Assembly (NCBI GenBank): GCA_013698305.1
Contig: JACCVC010000168.1
Location: 8,737 to 72,736, forward strand
DNA: 64,000 nt
From: Chloroflexia bacterium
GTDB taxonomy: Bacteria; Chloroflexota; Chloroflexia; Thermomicrobiales; UBA6265
Direction: 5' to 3'
Shown here in pieces: positions 29,039 through 38,635 of this stretch (its first letter is position 1; each line of letters starts with the position of its first letter). Below the pieces are notes generated by a model. The model did not search any database. It was not told the DNA's origin and saw only the letters and a list, made by a program, of their open reading frames with translations. A program made the position numbers and the translations under genes.

Positions 29039-30088
29039 TTATGCACTTTCTGGCGTTCGGGCGAGAGTCCGTGTGATCTCGTCGGCATCATACCGTGGCA
29101 ACGCAATCCGGGTACCGCTGGTCATCGCGTTGCGTTGCCGGGGTTCGGAACACATGTGCCCGATACGCGTGACCTGGATACCTGCCTCTGCAAACGCCGC
29201 GTCGATTGCCTCGCGGGCGGCAGGCTCGGCGGTAAAGAGCAAAGCGCCGGAGGAGAGCAGCCCGTAGGGGGAGATATCGAGCGACGCGCAGATGTCTCGA
29301 GTCGCGTCGGCAACAGGGATGACATCCAGGTCCACGTCGACCCCCAGCGAGGAGGCTTCGGCTAGCTCGTGGATCGCGGTGGAGACGCCTCCTTCCGTCG
29401 GGTCATGCATGGCATGCACGCCATTGATGGAGTGGGCGAGTTGGGCATCGGCCACGATGGATATGCCCGGATCATGCAACATGGCCTTGGCGGCTGCGAT
29501 GTTGGCTAGTGATACACCCGCCAGCTCGTCTACTGAAAGCTCGGTGGCGAGGATCGACGTGCCTTCGATTCCGGCACTACGGGTGAGGTAGATGTCATCG
29601 CCCGCCTTCGCCCCACCGGGAGGAAGGATGCCGTGTGGACCGCCCACGCCGATAAGGGTTGCGGAGAGCAGGACCCGGTCGATCCCTGGAGTTACCTCCG
29701 TATGCCCGCCGATAATGGCGATGTCGTCCGCCGCGCATGCGGTAGCAAGCTCGTCGAACAGCGACTCGACGTCATCTGATGTCGAGTTCTCCGGAAAAAG
29801 CGCCGTCACGGTGATCCAGCGAGGGATGCCACCAAGGCAGGCGATGTCGTTGGCGTTTACGGCGACCAGATAGGTGGCGGGAGACGATGTGGCGAAGGTG
29901 ATCGGGTCACTCTTGACGATGATATCTTCGCTGGCACGAATGACCGCCGCGTCGTGGCCCGGTCCCGGCGGGACGAGGACAGTCGCGTCCTGCGCGTCGA
30001 TGTATTTCGAGAGCAGGGTCACCAGCAGGTCAGCTGGCAGCTTCCCAGGCGCCAACACGGTGTCCGGGGCGGTGGTGGTCCTACTCAT
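29039..30088 (-). CDS. AIR-synthase-related protein (PurM/ThiL/HypE superfamily, HypE-like)
   Basis: GKLPADLL..., GHDAAV, NANDIACLGGIPRW and GGHTEV motifs parallel HypE/PurM N- and C-domains. The protein lacks the HypE C-terminal PRIC cysteine. Confidence 0.8.
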   Translation of the reverse strand: MSRTTTAPDTVLAPGKLPADLLVTLLSKYIDAQDATVLVPPGPGHDAAVIRASEDIIVKSDPITFATSSPATYLVAVNANDIACLGGIPRWITVTALFPENSTSDDVESLFDELATACAADDIAIIGGHTEVTPGIDRVLLSATLIGVGGPHGILPPGGAKAGDDIYLTRSAGIEGTSILATELSVDELAGVSLANIAAAKAMLHDPGISIVADAQLAHSINGVHAMHDPTEGGVSTAIHELAEASSLGVDVDLDVIPVADATRDICASLDISPYGLLSSGALLFTAEPAAREAIDAAFAEAGIQVTRIGHMCSEPRQRNAMTSGTRIALPRYDADEITRTLARTPESA

Positions 30089-30344
30089 CGTCGCTATCGG
30101 GCCATTCGTCTGACGCGTGGGAGTTCAATGACGTTGCTTCGGCGATCTCGGTAACCTTGAGCTCGGCCGTAGCGAGACGCTGCTGGCAGGCGTCAATAAG
30201 CTTCATGCCGGATTCGTAGCGTAGTAGCATCTCGTCGAGCGACAACTTGCCAGACTCAAGGTCGGCAACGATGGCTTCGATCTCCTCCAGGCGCTGCTCG
30301 AAGTTGCGAGTGTCATCGGCTGTAGTCAATGGTTCCTGCCTCAT
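30081..30344 (-). CDS. xseB: Exodeoxyribonuclease VII small subunit
   Basis: FEQRLEEIEAIVADLESGKLSLDEMLLRYESGMKLIDACQQRL is canonical XseB. ATG 30344 overlaps the xseA 3' end. Confidence 0.85.
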   Translation of the reverse strand: MRQEPLTTADDTRNFEQRLEEIEAIVADLESGKLSLDEMLLRYESGMKLIDACQQRLATAELKVTEIAEATSLNSHASDEWPDSDDE

Positions 30345-31560
30345 TCGCTGGGTGTTCCTCGTGTAGTTGACTGAGTGTTCCGGATGCTCGGCCATCGGGG
30401 AAACGGACGACGACCTCCCCGCCCGGAGGTAGCGAATCTGCGGACCTGACCGTGTGACCTGTCGCTGCATCCTGCACCATCGCAAAGCCACGTTTCAGGA
30501 TGTAGGTGGGGTTCAAGGCATCCAGAACAGCGGCGTCCGAAATCAACTCTAGCCTGCTACGTTCTATCGTGGCGGTGGTCGAAGCCCTCGCTCGCTTCGC
30601 CAGGAGGTCCAGGACCATGCGATGCCGAGCTATCTGCTGCGCCGGGGATTGAAGTCGAATCCGACGGTCCAGACCTTTGAGCGCCAACTCGTGGTCGCCA
30701 AGAATGGCTTTCAGCGTGCTCGTAAGATACCGTCGTCGATGATGAAGGTGATCGAGGAGAACGGCGGCGTCTGGCAGCAGGAGCTCTGCCGCCGCGGATG
30801 GCGTGGCGGCCCGCAGATCTGCGACCATGTCGCAGATCGACACGTCGGTTTCATGTCCCACCGCCGAGACGACAGGCATAGAGCTGGCGAAGACCGCCCT
30901 CGCGACGAGTTCTGAGTTGAACGGAGCGAGGTCCTCGGGTGAGCCACCACCGCGACCGACGATGAGCGCATCGAGATCGCCAAGTTCCTCGGCTTGACGG
31001 ATCGCTGCCGCGATCTCTTCCGGCGCCCGATCGCCCTGCACCGCCGATGGGATGAGCACCAGCTCGACGAGCGGATACCGTCGGCGAGCGACGGTCTGGA
31101 TGTCGTGCCAGACTGCGCCGGTTGAGCTGGTGACAACGCCGATGCGTCGTGGAAATGCAGGGATCGGGCGCTTCCGGCTCTCGTCGAACAGTCCATCGGC
31201 CTCGAGCCGCTGACGCAATCGCTCGAACTCCAGGGACAACATCCCTTGGCCGAGATGCTCGAACACGTCGGCCTGGATCTGCAGCCTGCCCTGGACCTGG
31301 TAGTAATCTGCCTGGCCGTGGATGACGACCGACTCGCCCTGGCCCGGCACGAACCGCTGACGGGCCGCGGCGGACTTCCACATCACGGCGTCGATCGAGG
31401 CATTGCCCTCGCAGAGTGTGAAGTAGATGTGGCCGGAGCGGGGGACGTAGATCTTGGTGATCTCACCTTCGATCCACACGTCGGCCAAAAGCTCATCGCT
31501 GGTGACGACATCGTGAATGTAGCTGTTTATGGTGCTGACCGGGTAAATATGGGATGGCAT
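30313..31560 (-). CDS. xseA: Exodeoxyribonuclease VII large subunit
   Basis: 415 aa. N-terminal OB fold (VSTINSYI...VWIEGEI) and catalytic region (IGVVTSSTGAV..D, RGGGS.EDL). Confidence 0.92.
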   Translation of the reverse strand: MPSHIYPVSTINSYIHDVVTSDELLADVWIEGEITKIYVPRSGHIYFTLCEGNASIDAVMWKSAAARQRFVPGQGESVVIHGQADYYQVQGRLQIQADVFEHLGQGMLSLEFERLRQRLEADGLFDESRKRPIPAFPRRIGVVTSSTGAVWHDIQTVARRRYPLVELVLIPSAVQGDRAPEEIAAAIRQAEELGDLDALIVGRGGGSPEDLAPFNSELVARAVFASSMPVVSAVGHETDVSICDMVADLRAATPSAAAELLLPDAAVLLDHLHHRRRYLTSTLKAILGDHELALKGLDRRIRLQSPAQQIARHRMVLDLLAKRARASTTATIERSRLELISDAAVLDALNPTYILKRGFAMVQDAATGHTVRSADSLPPGGEVVVRFPDGRASGTLSQLHEEHPANEAGTIDYSR

Positions 31561-32051
31561 TACATGTACGAATCGGTTTGTTCGGAAAGACGCACCAGCG
31601 GCGAGCCATACTCGACCGCCTGGGCGTTTTCCACCATGACTTCCGCGACGATACCTGGCTTGTCGGCCACGATCTCATTCATGATCTTCATGGCCTCGAT
31701 GATGCCGATGACCTGACCGACTTCGACTTCGTCACCAAGGCGAACGAAGGGGTCATCTCCAGGCGACGGGGCCGAATAGTAGGTGCCGATCATGGGCGCG
31801 GTAACGATGTGTCCGGGATCGGGAGCGGCTGACTCCGCTGGCGCTTCCTGAGAGGAGTTGGCCTGTGGCTGCGGGGCATAGCCGGTCGCGACAGCACCAC
31901 GCAGGCGGATCGAAACGTCCCCCGCGGTGAGGTCGAGCTCGGAGATTCCGCCCTTGCCCATCAGCGAGATCAACTCCTTGACCGCGCCGATCAGCTGCTC
32001 GGTCGATGATCCCTCTGCGTCTCGTTCCGCGATTCCGGCGAAGCGTTCCAT
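31560..32051 (-). CDS. accB: Acetyl-CoA carboxylase biotin carboxyl carrier protein
   Basis: Biotinyl-lysine motif EAMKIMNEI in the C-terminal lipoyl-like domain. Its stop overlaps the xseA start (TAATG). Confidence 0.9.
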   Translation of the reverse strand: MERFAGIAERDAEGSSTEQLIGAVKELISLMGKGGISELDLTAGDVSIRLRGAVATGYAPQPQANSSQEAPAESAAPDPGHIVTAPMIGTYYSAPSPGDDPFVRLGDEVEVGQVIGIIEAMKIMNEIVADKPGIVAEVMVENAQAVEYGSPLVRLSEQTDSYM

Positions 32052-32061
32052 CCGGACTCTC

Positions 32062-32622
32062 CTAGGCGATGCGCTCAATGTACGCGCCGGTGCGAGTGTC
32101 AACCTTTACCTGGTCGCCCTCGTTGATAAAGAGCGGGACAGTTACGACCAGGCCCGTTTCAAGCGTAGCGGGCTTGGTGCCACCAGTCGCGGTGTCTCCC
32201 TTGAATCCGGGATCGGTCTGCGATATCGACAGCACCACCGAGGTCGGCAACTCGATGTCGATCGGTTCGCCATCGTGGGTGAGAAGGTCGATGACATCGT
32301 TTTCCTTCATGTAGTTCGCCGCGTCACCAATCGTGGTCTCGTTGAGATGGAGCTGGTCAAACGTCTCGGTGTCCATCAGGTGAAAGCCGTCGCCATCGCG
32401 GTAAAGGAACTGCACGTGCGACCGCTCGAGCCGGATGGCGCTGAACTTGGTGCCGGCCATCACGGTTTGCTGGGTGGTGGAGCCGGTGCGGAGGTCCCGC
32501 AGGGTCATTCGAAGCTGAGCGGAGCCTCGACCTTGCTTGTTGTGCGAAAAATCGATCACCTTGAGCAGACGACCGTCGCTCTCGAAGGTGCTTCCCTTAC
32601 GAATGTCTCCAGTATCAATCAT
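32062..32622 (-). CDS. efp: Elongation factor P (Arg at loop-tip position 32)
   Basis: 186 aa with the three-domain EF-P pattern. The loop sequence is SHNKQGRGSAQLR, with R32 encoded by CGA (complement of 32527-32529). Confidence 0.95.
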   Translation of the reverse strand: MIDTGDIRKGSTFESDGRLLKVIDFSHNKQGRGSAQLRMTLRDLRTGSTTQQTVMAGTKFSAIRLERSHVQFLYRDGDGFHLMDTETFDQLHLNETTIGDAANYMKENDVIDLLTHDGEPIDIELPTSVVLSISQTDPGFKGDTATGGTKPATLETGLVVTVPLFINEGDQVKVDTRTGAYIERIA

Positions 32623-32724
32623 AGGTTATATGTTGCTCCCTGTTGATCAAGACGGATTGCGAAGACACAAGCACCGTCTATCGCGCTACGGGCAGACACA
32701 GGGTCTGCCCCTACGTTGGCTGGT

Positions 32725-33834
32725 CTAGATTGACATTGACCCGACACCCTTCGACGCTGAGGTGAGGTTACGGTATCCGCCGTCTTCAACAAGGGCGACG
32801 TCTTCGATTCGGACACCGCCCCAATCGGGCAGGTACAGCCCCGGTTCCATGGTGACCACGTACCCGGACTCCAGCATACCTGTGGCTCGCTTGCTCACGG
32901 ACGGGGACTCATGCACGCGAAGGCCGAGCCCGTGTCCGGCGCTGTGGATCACATAGTCTTCAAGGCCGAGTTTCGCAAACACCGCTCTTGTCGCGAGATC
33001 GGGCGCGGAACACTGCACTCCCGCCCGTATCGCGGCAAGACCGGCAGCCTGAGCGGCCAGGATCGCCTCGTAGATCGTGACAAGCCGTTCGTCCGGCTTG
33101 CCCAAACACACGGTGCGGGTCAAGTCACCATTATACCCATCAATCCGGGCGCCCATGTCGATGATGATCGGTTCGCCTGGCTGGAGCTCGCGATGGCCAG
33201 GGCGATGGTGCGGCTTCGCGGCGTTGGGGCCGGCGGCGACAATCGTGTCGAACGCCTCTCCCTCACTTCCGAACTTCTGAAGCGCGTCGCGAACGAGATC
33301 GGCGGCCTGCCGCTCGGTGATGCCCTGCTTGAAGCGGGAGGCGGCGTGCGCGAATGCCTGGTCCGTGCTGGACGCCGCCTGTGCAAGCAACTCCACCTCT
33401 TCGGGCGACTTGCGCGCGCGGAGGGCATCGACCGCTGAGTTGGCGCGGACGAGGGTGGCAGCCGAACCCACCTTTTCCTGAAGCATGAACCAGGACGCAG
33501 CGGAGGTGGTGGTATCCTCGACCGCAACTACCACTGCGCCGAGGGATTCGATCTGTTCTGCGGCGCTCGCAACCCAGGACTGCTGCGTTGCCACGACCGT
33601 TACAACATCTTGGTCGACCTCCGCGTTGGCCCACGGCAGGTTGGTCGGCGACACGTAGAGCTCGGCTGATTGCTCCGCGATCACCAGCGCGCCGGAAGAC
33701 TCGTCGGCGGCGTGATCTTCGGCGGTGAAGCCGGTGAGGTAGCGACGATTGGCTGGATTAGTGATCAGAATCGCGTCCCAGCCCTTGTCAGCGAGGATGC
33801 TTCGTACCGCCACGACTCGTTGTTCGACGATCAA
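32725..33834 (-). CDS. Xaa-Pro aminopeptidase / M24-family peptidase
   Basis: M24 metal-ligand motifs ([28 protein letters not shown]..., IED). TTG start overlaps the aroQ stop. Confidence 0.9.
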   Translation of the reverse strand: MIVEQRVVAVRSILADKGWDAILITNPANRRYLTGFTAEDHAADESSGALVIAEQSAELYVSPTNLPWANAEVDQDVVTVVATQQSWVASAAEQIESLGAVVVAVEDTTTSAASWFMLQEKVGSAATLVRANSAVDALRARKSPEEVELLAQAASSTDQAFAHAASRFKQGITERQAADLVRDALQKFGSEGEAFDTIVAAGPNAAKPHHRPGHRELQPGEPIIIDMGARIDGYNGDLTRTVCLGKPDERLVTIYEAILAAQAAGLAAIRAGVQCSAPDLATRAVFAKLGLEDYVIHSAGHGLGLRVHESPSVSKRATGMLESGYVVTMEPGLYLPDWGGVRIEDVALVEDGGYRNLTSASKGVGSMSI

Positions 33835-34277
33835 GGCTTTTTGCTCCCTTGATGCATGTCGCTGAACCAGTCCACGGCCATCACGTATCCATATGACCCA
33901 AATCCGGCAATCTGCCCGATGGCAACCGGAGCGATCACGGAGTGATGCCGAAACGGCTCTCGATGATGAATGTTGGAGAGGTGGACCTCTACCGTGGCGA
34001 TTCCGGTCGCGGTGATCGCGTCGCGTAGGGCGATGCTGTAGTGCGTGAGCGCGCCTGGGTTGATGATCATGCCGTCCGCCGATGACGCATGTTCGTGAAT
34101 AAAGTCGATCAACCCGCCTTCGTGGTTGGACTGGAAATCGAGAATCACCATTCCAGACTGAGTAGCGCGTTCTCTCACGACATCGACAATGTCGTTGAGC
34201 GACTCGTGGCCGTAGATGTCCGGCTCTCGGGTACCTAGCAGGTTGAGGTTGGGGCCGTTGAGGAACAGGAGCTTCAT
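33831..34277 (-). CDS. aroQ: Type II 3-dehydroquinate dehydratase
   Basis: [25 protein letters not shown] and HLSN motifs. Confidence 0.93.
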   Translation of the reverse strand: MKLLFLNGPNLNLLGTREPDIYGHESLNDIVDVVRERATQSGMVILDFQSNHEGGLIDFIHEHASSADGMIINPGALTHYSIALRDAITATGIATVEVHLSNIHHREPFRHHSVIAPVAIGQIAGFGSYGYVMAVDWFSDMHQGSKKP

Positions 34278-34298
34278 GCTGACGCGGTACTCCGTATA

Positions 34299-35267
34299 TT
34301 AGCCAACCGGTTGAAGCTCCGTCACGATGGCCGGGACATAGGCCGAGATCGAGTAGGTCTCATCGGACCCCTCAGGCGCGAGCGTGCCGGTGAAGATGTA
34401 GACGGGTTGCAGATACTGGGCTTCGCCCATCGCGCCTGATGACGTGTAGGCGATGGAGACCTCGTCGTATGTTGCGGTACCGGTGATGGTGGATCCTTGC
34501 GGGAACTGCTCGATCGGCAGGGTGACATCAAGATATGACTGGCGTCCCTCAATGACGGTGAATGCATCGGCAACCCCACGAAGACGATATGTCTCAACTT
34601 CGGTGATTGTCGCCCATCTAACACGGGACTCGAGAATAGTGCCCGCCGGTCCGACAGTGACGGTGATGCCCGGTGTGGACGACAGTAACGGTGCCGGGTT
34701 CGCGGGAAGGAACTCGACGATCAGGCGAGCTGGCTCCTCGATGTGAGCGACGATTGAGCCGTCGCCGATGTCAGCTGGCATCAGTCCCGAGATTCGAAGC
34801 CAGTCTCTGGCGTACGCGATGGCGGCCTCGTCGTCCGGCAGCGCTTCGTCTGGCGCTTCGACCGCCGAGACGAATTGCAGCAGACCTGGCGTGGTGTAGA
34901 TGCTGCCTTCGTCCTCGACCGTATAGGTGCCCTCGCCCTGTTCTGTGATCTCTCCGTCTACGCCGAGCGTGTCGGCTACTTCGGCGACTTGTTCCTGATC
35001 ATAGGATATAGACTCAACCTGAAAGATCGGCACCTCCTGAGGGACGCTTTCGGCGTCTCCCTGCCAACTCGAGGCGAGCTCGAATGTATAGCTTTGGGAG
35101 TTCATCGTTGGCAGGTCGATGATCGGAAGTGGCGATGTAAGCTCCGATTCCGTTCCTGATCCCGGCGTGGCGTCCTGAGCGGTGACGATCGGGGTCGATG
35201 ACCCGACTATCGCAAGTAGCAAGAAGCTGGTGATCAACGTGCGAAGGATTGTCAGCATACGTGTCAT
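34299..35267 (-). CDS. Hypothetical secreted protein
   Basis: N-terminal signal-peptide-like segment (LLLAIVGSSTPIVTAQD). Acidic, Thr/Glu-rich body. No family recognised. Confidence 0.65.
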   Translation of the reverse strand: MTRMLTILRTLITSFLLLAIVGSSTPIVTAQDATPGSGTESELTSPLPIIDLPTMNSQSYTFELASSWQGDAESVPQEVPIFQVESISYDQEQVAEVADTLGVDGEITEQGEGTYTVEDEGSIYTTPGLLQFVSAVEAPDEALPDDEAAIAYARDWLRISGLMPADIGDGSIVAHIEEPARLIVEFLPANPAPLLSSTPGITVTVGPAGTILESRVRWATITEVETYRLRGVADAFTVIEGRQSYLDVTLPIEQFPQGSTITGTATYDEVSIAYTSSGAMGEAQYLQPVYIFTGTLAPEGSDETYSISAYVPAIVTELQPVG

Positions 35268-35296
35268 GCAGTCGGTTCTCCTTGATGAGTCCGAAT

Positions 35297-37315
35297 CTAC
35301 GAAAGGACGTGGACTGGATCGGATTCCATGATCCGGCGTAGCTCAACGACCTGGTCCCGCAGGAGCGCGGCCTTCTCGAACTCGAGATTCTTGGCCGACT
35401 TTTTCATCTGTGATTCCAGATCCTTGACCATGCGGGTCAGTTCTGCTCGGGGCAGCTCGTGGATCACCCCTTCAGTGGCGCCATTACCTGCGTCGTACTG
35501 CGCCGCCTGTTCGGCGACCTGCCGGACCCGGTCGGTGAGGTCCTTGATCTCCTTGACGATGCCTCGCGGCTCGATGCCGTGCTGCAGGTTGTGAGCGATC
35601 TGCCGCTCGCGTCGACGGTAGGTTTCGTCGATGGCCGCCTTCATGGAGCGGGTCATGGTGTCCGCGTACATGATGACATGGCCCTCGACATGCCGCGCGG
35701 CACGGCCCACAGTCTGAATCAGTGCCCCCTCGGAGCGCAAGAAGCCTTCCTTGTCGGCGTCGAGGATCGCCCCCAGCGAAACCTCCGGCAGGTCGAGGCC
35801 CTCTCGCAGCAAGTTGATGCCAACTACGACGTCATGGATGCCCAGCCGGAGGTCGCGGAGAATCTCGATCCGCTCGAACGTGTCGATCTCGCTATGGAGA
35901 TAGTGGGTGCGCACCCCCATCTCCTTGAGATAGTCGGATAGGTCTTCCGCCATGCGCTTGGTGAGCGTGGTAACGAGGGCGCGCTCCCCTTTGGCGACAC
36001 GCTGGTTGATTTCCGCAAGGAGGTCGTCGATCTGACCCTTGGTTGGACGGACCGTGATGGCGGGATCGACGAGTCCCGTTGGCCGGATCACTTGCTCCAC
36101 GATTCGTGATGAGTGCTCGTACTCGTACGGACCAGGCGTGGCGGAGACGAAGACCGCCTGTCCAACAGTGCGCTCGAACTCCGCGAAGGTGAGCGGTCGG
36201 TTCTCCCGCGCCGACGGCAGGCGAAAGCCATGCTCGACCAGGACGTCCTTGCGGGAGCGATCACCACCGAACATGCCCCGAATCTGTGGCAGGGTCATGT
36301 GCGATTCGTCAACGAAGAGCAGGAAGTCGTCGGGAAAGTAGTCGATCAGGGTCGAGGGCTGCTCGCCTTCCTTGCGTCCGGAGAGATGCATTGAGTAGTT
36401 CTCGATGCCGGCGCAATATCCCGCCTCCTGCATCATCTCGAGGTCGTACATCGTCCGTTGCTTGAGACGGGCGGCTTCGAGCACCTTGCCATTCGCGTCG
36501 AGGAACTTCACCCGATCGTTGAGCTCGTCCTCAATGCGTTGCAGAGCGGCGCCCATCTTGTCGCTTGAGGTGACGAAGTGCTTGGCCGGATAGATCGCAA
36601 CCTCGGTACGGGTCGCAAGAATTTCGCCAGTGAGCGGGTCGACTTCAACGATCCGTTCGACTTCGTCACTGAAAAACTCGATCCGGATTGCGATCTCTTC
36701 GTAGGCTGGATACACCTCGAGCGTGTCACCGCGCACGCGGAATGTGCCGCGCGTGAGATTCATGTCATTGCGGTCGTACTGGATATCGATCAGATGCCGC
36801 AGCACCTTGTCTCGACGGATCGACTCGCCCTTCCGGAGCGACACTGTCGTGCTCTGGTACTCTTCGGGCGTGCCGAGGCCGAAGATGCAGGAGACCGAGG
36901 CGACGATCAGCGTATCGCGACGCGTGAGCAAAGACCGCGTGGCCGCGTGGCGGAGCTTGTCGATCTCCTCGTTGATGTCCGCGTCCTTCTCGATGAAGGT
37001 GTCGGTGCGAGCGACGTATGCTTCCGGCTGGTAGTAGTCGTAGTAGGAGACGAAGTACTCGACGGCGTTCCTGGGGAAGTACTCCTTGAACTCGGCATAG
37101 AGCTGGGCCGCCAGCGTCTTGTTGTGGGCGAGCACCAGTGTCGGGCGATTGACGTGCTGGACGACGTTCGCCATCGTGAACGTCTTGCCCGATCCGGTGA
37201 CGCCAAGGAGGGTCTGGAATCGATCTCCCTGTTCCATACCCTCAATGAGTTCTTCGATCGCGTGCGGTTGGTCGCCGGTCGGCCGCATCGGGCTGTCAAG
37301 TTGAAACTGGGGCAT
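35297..37315 (-). CDS. uvrB: Excinuclease ABC subunit B
   Basis: 672 aa. GVTGSGKT Walker A, DESH box, beta-hairpin region and C-terminal UVR domain (FEKAA.LRD). Confidence 0.97.
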   Translation of the reverse strand: MPQFQLDSPMRPTGDQPHAIEELIEGMEQGDRFQTLLGVTGSGKTFTMANVVQHVNRPTLVLAHNKTLAAQLYAEFKEYFPRNAVEYFVSYYDYYQPEAYVARTDTFIEKDADINEEIDKLRHAATRSLLTRRDTLIVASVSCIFGLGTPEEYQSTTVSLRKGESIRRDKVLRHLIDIQYDRNDMNLTRGTFRVRGDTLEVYPAYEEIAIRIEFFSDEVERIVEVDPLTGEILATRTEVAIYPAKHFVTSSDKMGAALQRIEDELNDRVKFLDANGKVLEAARLKQRTMYDLEMMQEAGYCAGIENYSMHLSGRKEGEQPSTLIDYFPDDFLLFVDESHMTLPQIRGMFGGDRSRKDVLVEHGFRLPSARENRPLTFAEFERTVGQAVFVSATPGPYEYEHSSRIVEQVIRPTGLVDPAITVRPTKGQIDDLLAEINQRVAKGERALVTTLTKRMAEDLSDYLKEMGVRTHYLHSEIDTFERIEILRDLRLGIHDVVVGINLLREGLDLPEVSLGAILDADKEGFLRSEGALIQTVGRAARHVEGHVIMYADTMTRSMKAAIDETYRRRERQIAHNLQHGIEPRGIVKEIKDLTDRVRQVAEQAAQYDAGNGATEGVIHELPRAELTRMVKDLESQMKKSAKNLEFEKAALLRDQVVELRRIMESDPVHVLS

Positions 37316-37349
37316 GGACGTTTACCTTGAGTGATGCGCAGGTTGAAAG

Positions 37350-38012
37350 CTAATGAGAGTCGGCCCTGTCGCCACCTGTTTCCTGTTCATCAGGCGACGG
37401 GAGGTCTGGTTCGGGATCAGGGGCGCGATAGTGATGCACTTCCGCGGCAGGCTCCAGCCCATCATTGTCGTCGCTTTCCGACGTCGTCGGCGACTCGGGG
37501 GCCGCCGTCGAGTCGGGAGACGATAGTTCAGTGTCGGCGGCGGTTGTTTGGGGCTGGAAGCGGTAGATCTCGGACTCCGTTTCGCCGATGCTCATGATCT
37601 CGTCAATATGGCGCACCGCCCAACGCTGACCGGAAAACGGGAGCCGCGCTGTCGCCTCGTCGCGATCGAACCATCCCGCATCCTGAAAGTCCTCGGCGAG
37701 ATTGACCGCCGACTGGTCGACGATCGTGACACCGAGCACTGGCGCGAGCACCACCGCGTCTCGAGCCTCGTCGTAGAACTGGTTGATAAAATCCGCGGAG
37801 TAGAAGCGGTCGATGGCGAGGCCCGCCAGGGAACTGACGGCGCTGCGAGCGGCATCCGACGCTGACGTGCCGACTGGTATTTCCTGATGGAATGCCTGCC
37901 AGGTTTGCGCCATCGGGACATCATTGCGGCGCTGTAACAGGAGGAACTGTACGCGAGCGTTCAGGCGCCGGAATACGTACACATCAACAATGTCCGTCAC
38001 GACACTCGTCAT
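37350..38012 (-). CDS. Nudix-fold (NudB-like) protein with degenerate Nudix box and acidic low-complexity tail
   Basis: FLLLQRRNDVPMAQTWQAF...VGTSASDAARSAVSSLAGL aligns by eye with NudB VLMLQRRDDPDFWQSVTGSVEEGETAPQAAMREVKEEVG, but the Glu residues of the box are absent. ATG 38012 with GGAGGA RBS. Confidence 0.6.
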   Translation of the reverse strand: MTSVVTDIVDVYVFRRLNARVQFLLLQRRNDVPMAQTWQAFHQEIPVGTSASDAARSAVSSLAGLAIDRFYSADFINQFYDEARDAVVLAPVLGVTIVDQSAVNLAEDFQDAGWFDRDEATARLPFSGQRWAVRHIDEIMSIGETESEIYRFQPQTTAADTELSSPDSTAAPESPTTSESDDNDGLEPAAEVHHYRAPDPEPDLPSPDEQETGGDRADSH

Positions 38013-38049
38013 CTGTCGTAAATCCTCCGTAATGTAGCCTGATTGAGGA

Positions 38050-38502
38050 CTATCGGTTGAGCTTCTTCTTGAGGTCATCGATCCAACCGCGGGAGCGTCC
38101 GTTGGATACTGGCGGGAGGTTGCTCACCACTCTGCCGCGCCAGCGTGCCTGGTCGGCCGGAGATGTCTCAGGCTGACGCACGGCGAAGGGTATGAATACC
38201 ATAACGACCGCCGCCAATGCGAAAAGGGTGGCCAGGAGGCTGAGGTGCGGGGCCAGGTATGCGGCAATGATGGCGAACACGATCGCGGTCAGGATTGGTA
38301 TCTTCATGGCAAGGCGGATTGCATTGCCCTTGAGAAGCTGAACATCGGGCGAGGACTGTTGCCGCTGCTGGCGGGCCGCGATTCGTTTCTGATCGACTTT
38401 TTGCTGGAACGAAATCGGCCGCGCGCGCGCTTTTTCCAGAATCTCATCGACTTCTCGTTGGAGGCGGTCGTCGGGTTGGGTGGGTTGGTGTGGAATTGGC
38501 AT
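38050..38502 (-). CDS. Hypothetical membrane protein (2 TM helices)
   Basis: AGGGAG RBS 8 nt before ATG 38502. Charged N-terminus followed by two hydrophobic helices (ILTAIVFAIIAAYL, LATLFALAAVVMVFIPF). Confidence 0.6.
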   Translation of the reverse strand: MPIPHQPTQPDDRLQREVDEILEKARARPISFQQKVDQKRIAARQQRQQSSPDVQLLKGNAIRLAMKIPILTAIVFAIIAAYLAPHLSLLATLFALAAVVMVFIPFAVRQPETSPADQARWRGRVVSNLPPVSNGRSRGWIDDLKKKLNR

Positions 38503-38635
38503 GAGACATGCTCCCTGAAAGGCAACTGCGCGGCATGGCGAAGAACCTTGGCGCCAACCGCAAGGCAATGGTACCGCAGCCGTCGACGTAGTATATGCAT
38601 CATGTAGAAGAGTGGCTGCAACAGGAGAGCATGTG

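Noticed and set aside
36578-37330. 250-aa plus-strand ORF
   Set aside because: It is antisense to uvrB. It is a shadow ORF.
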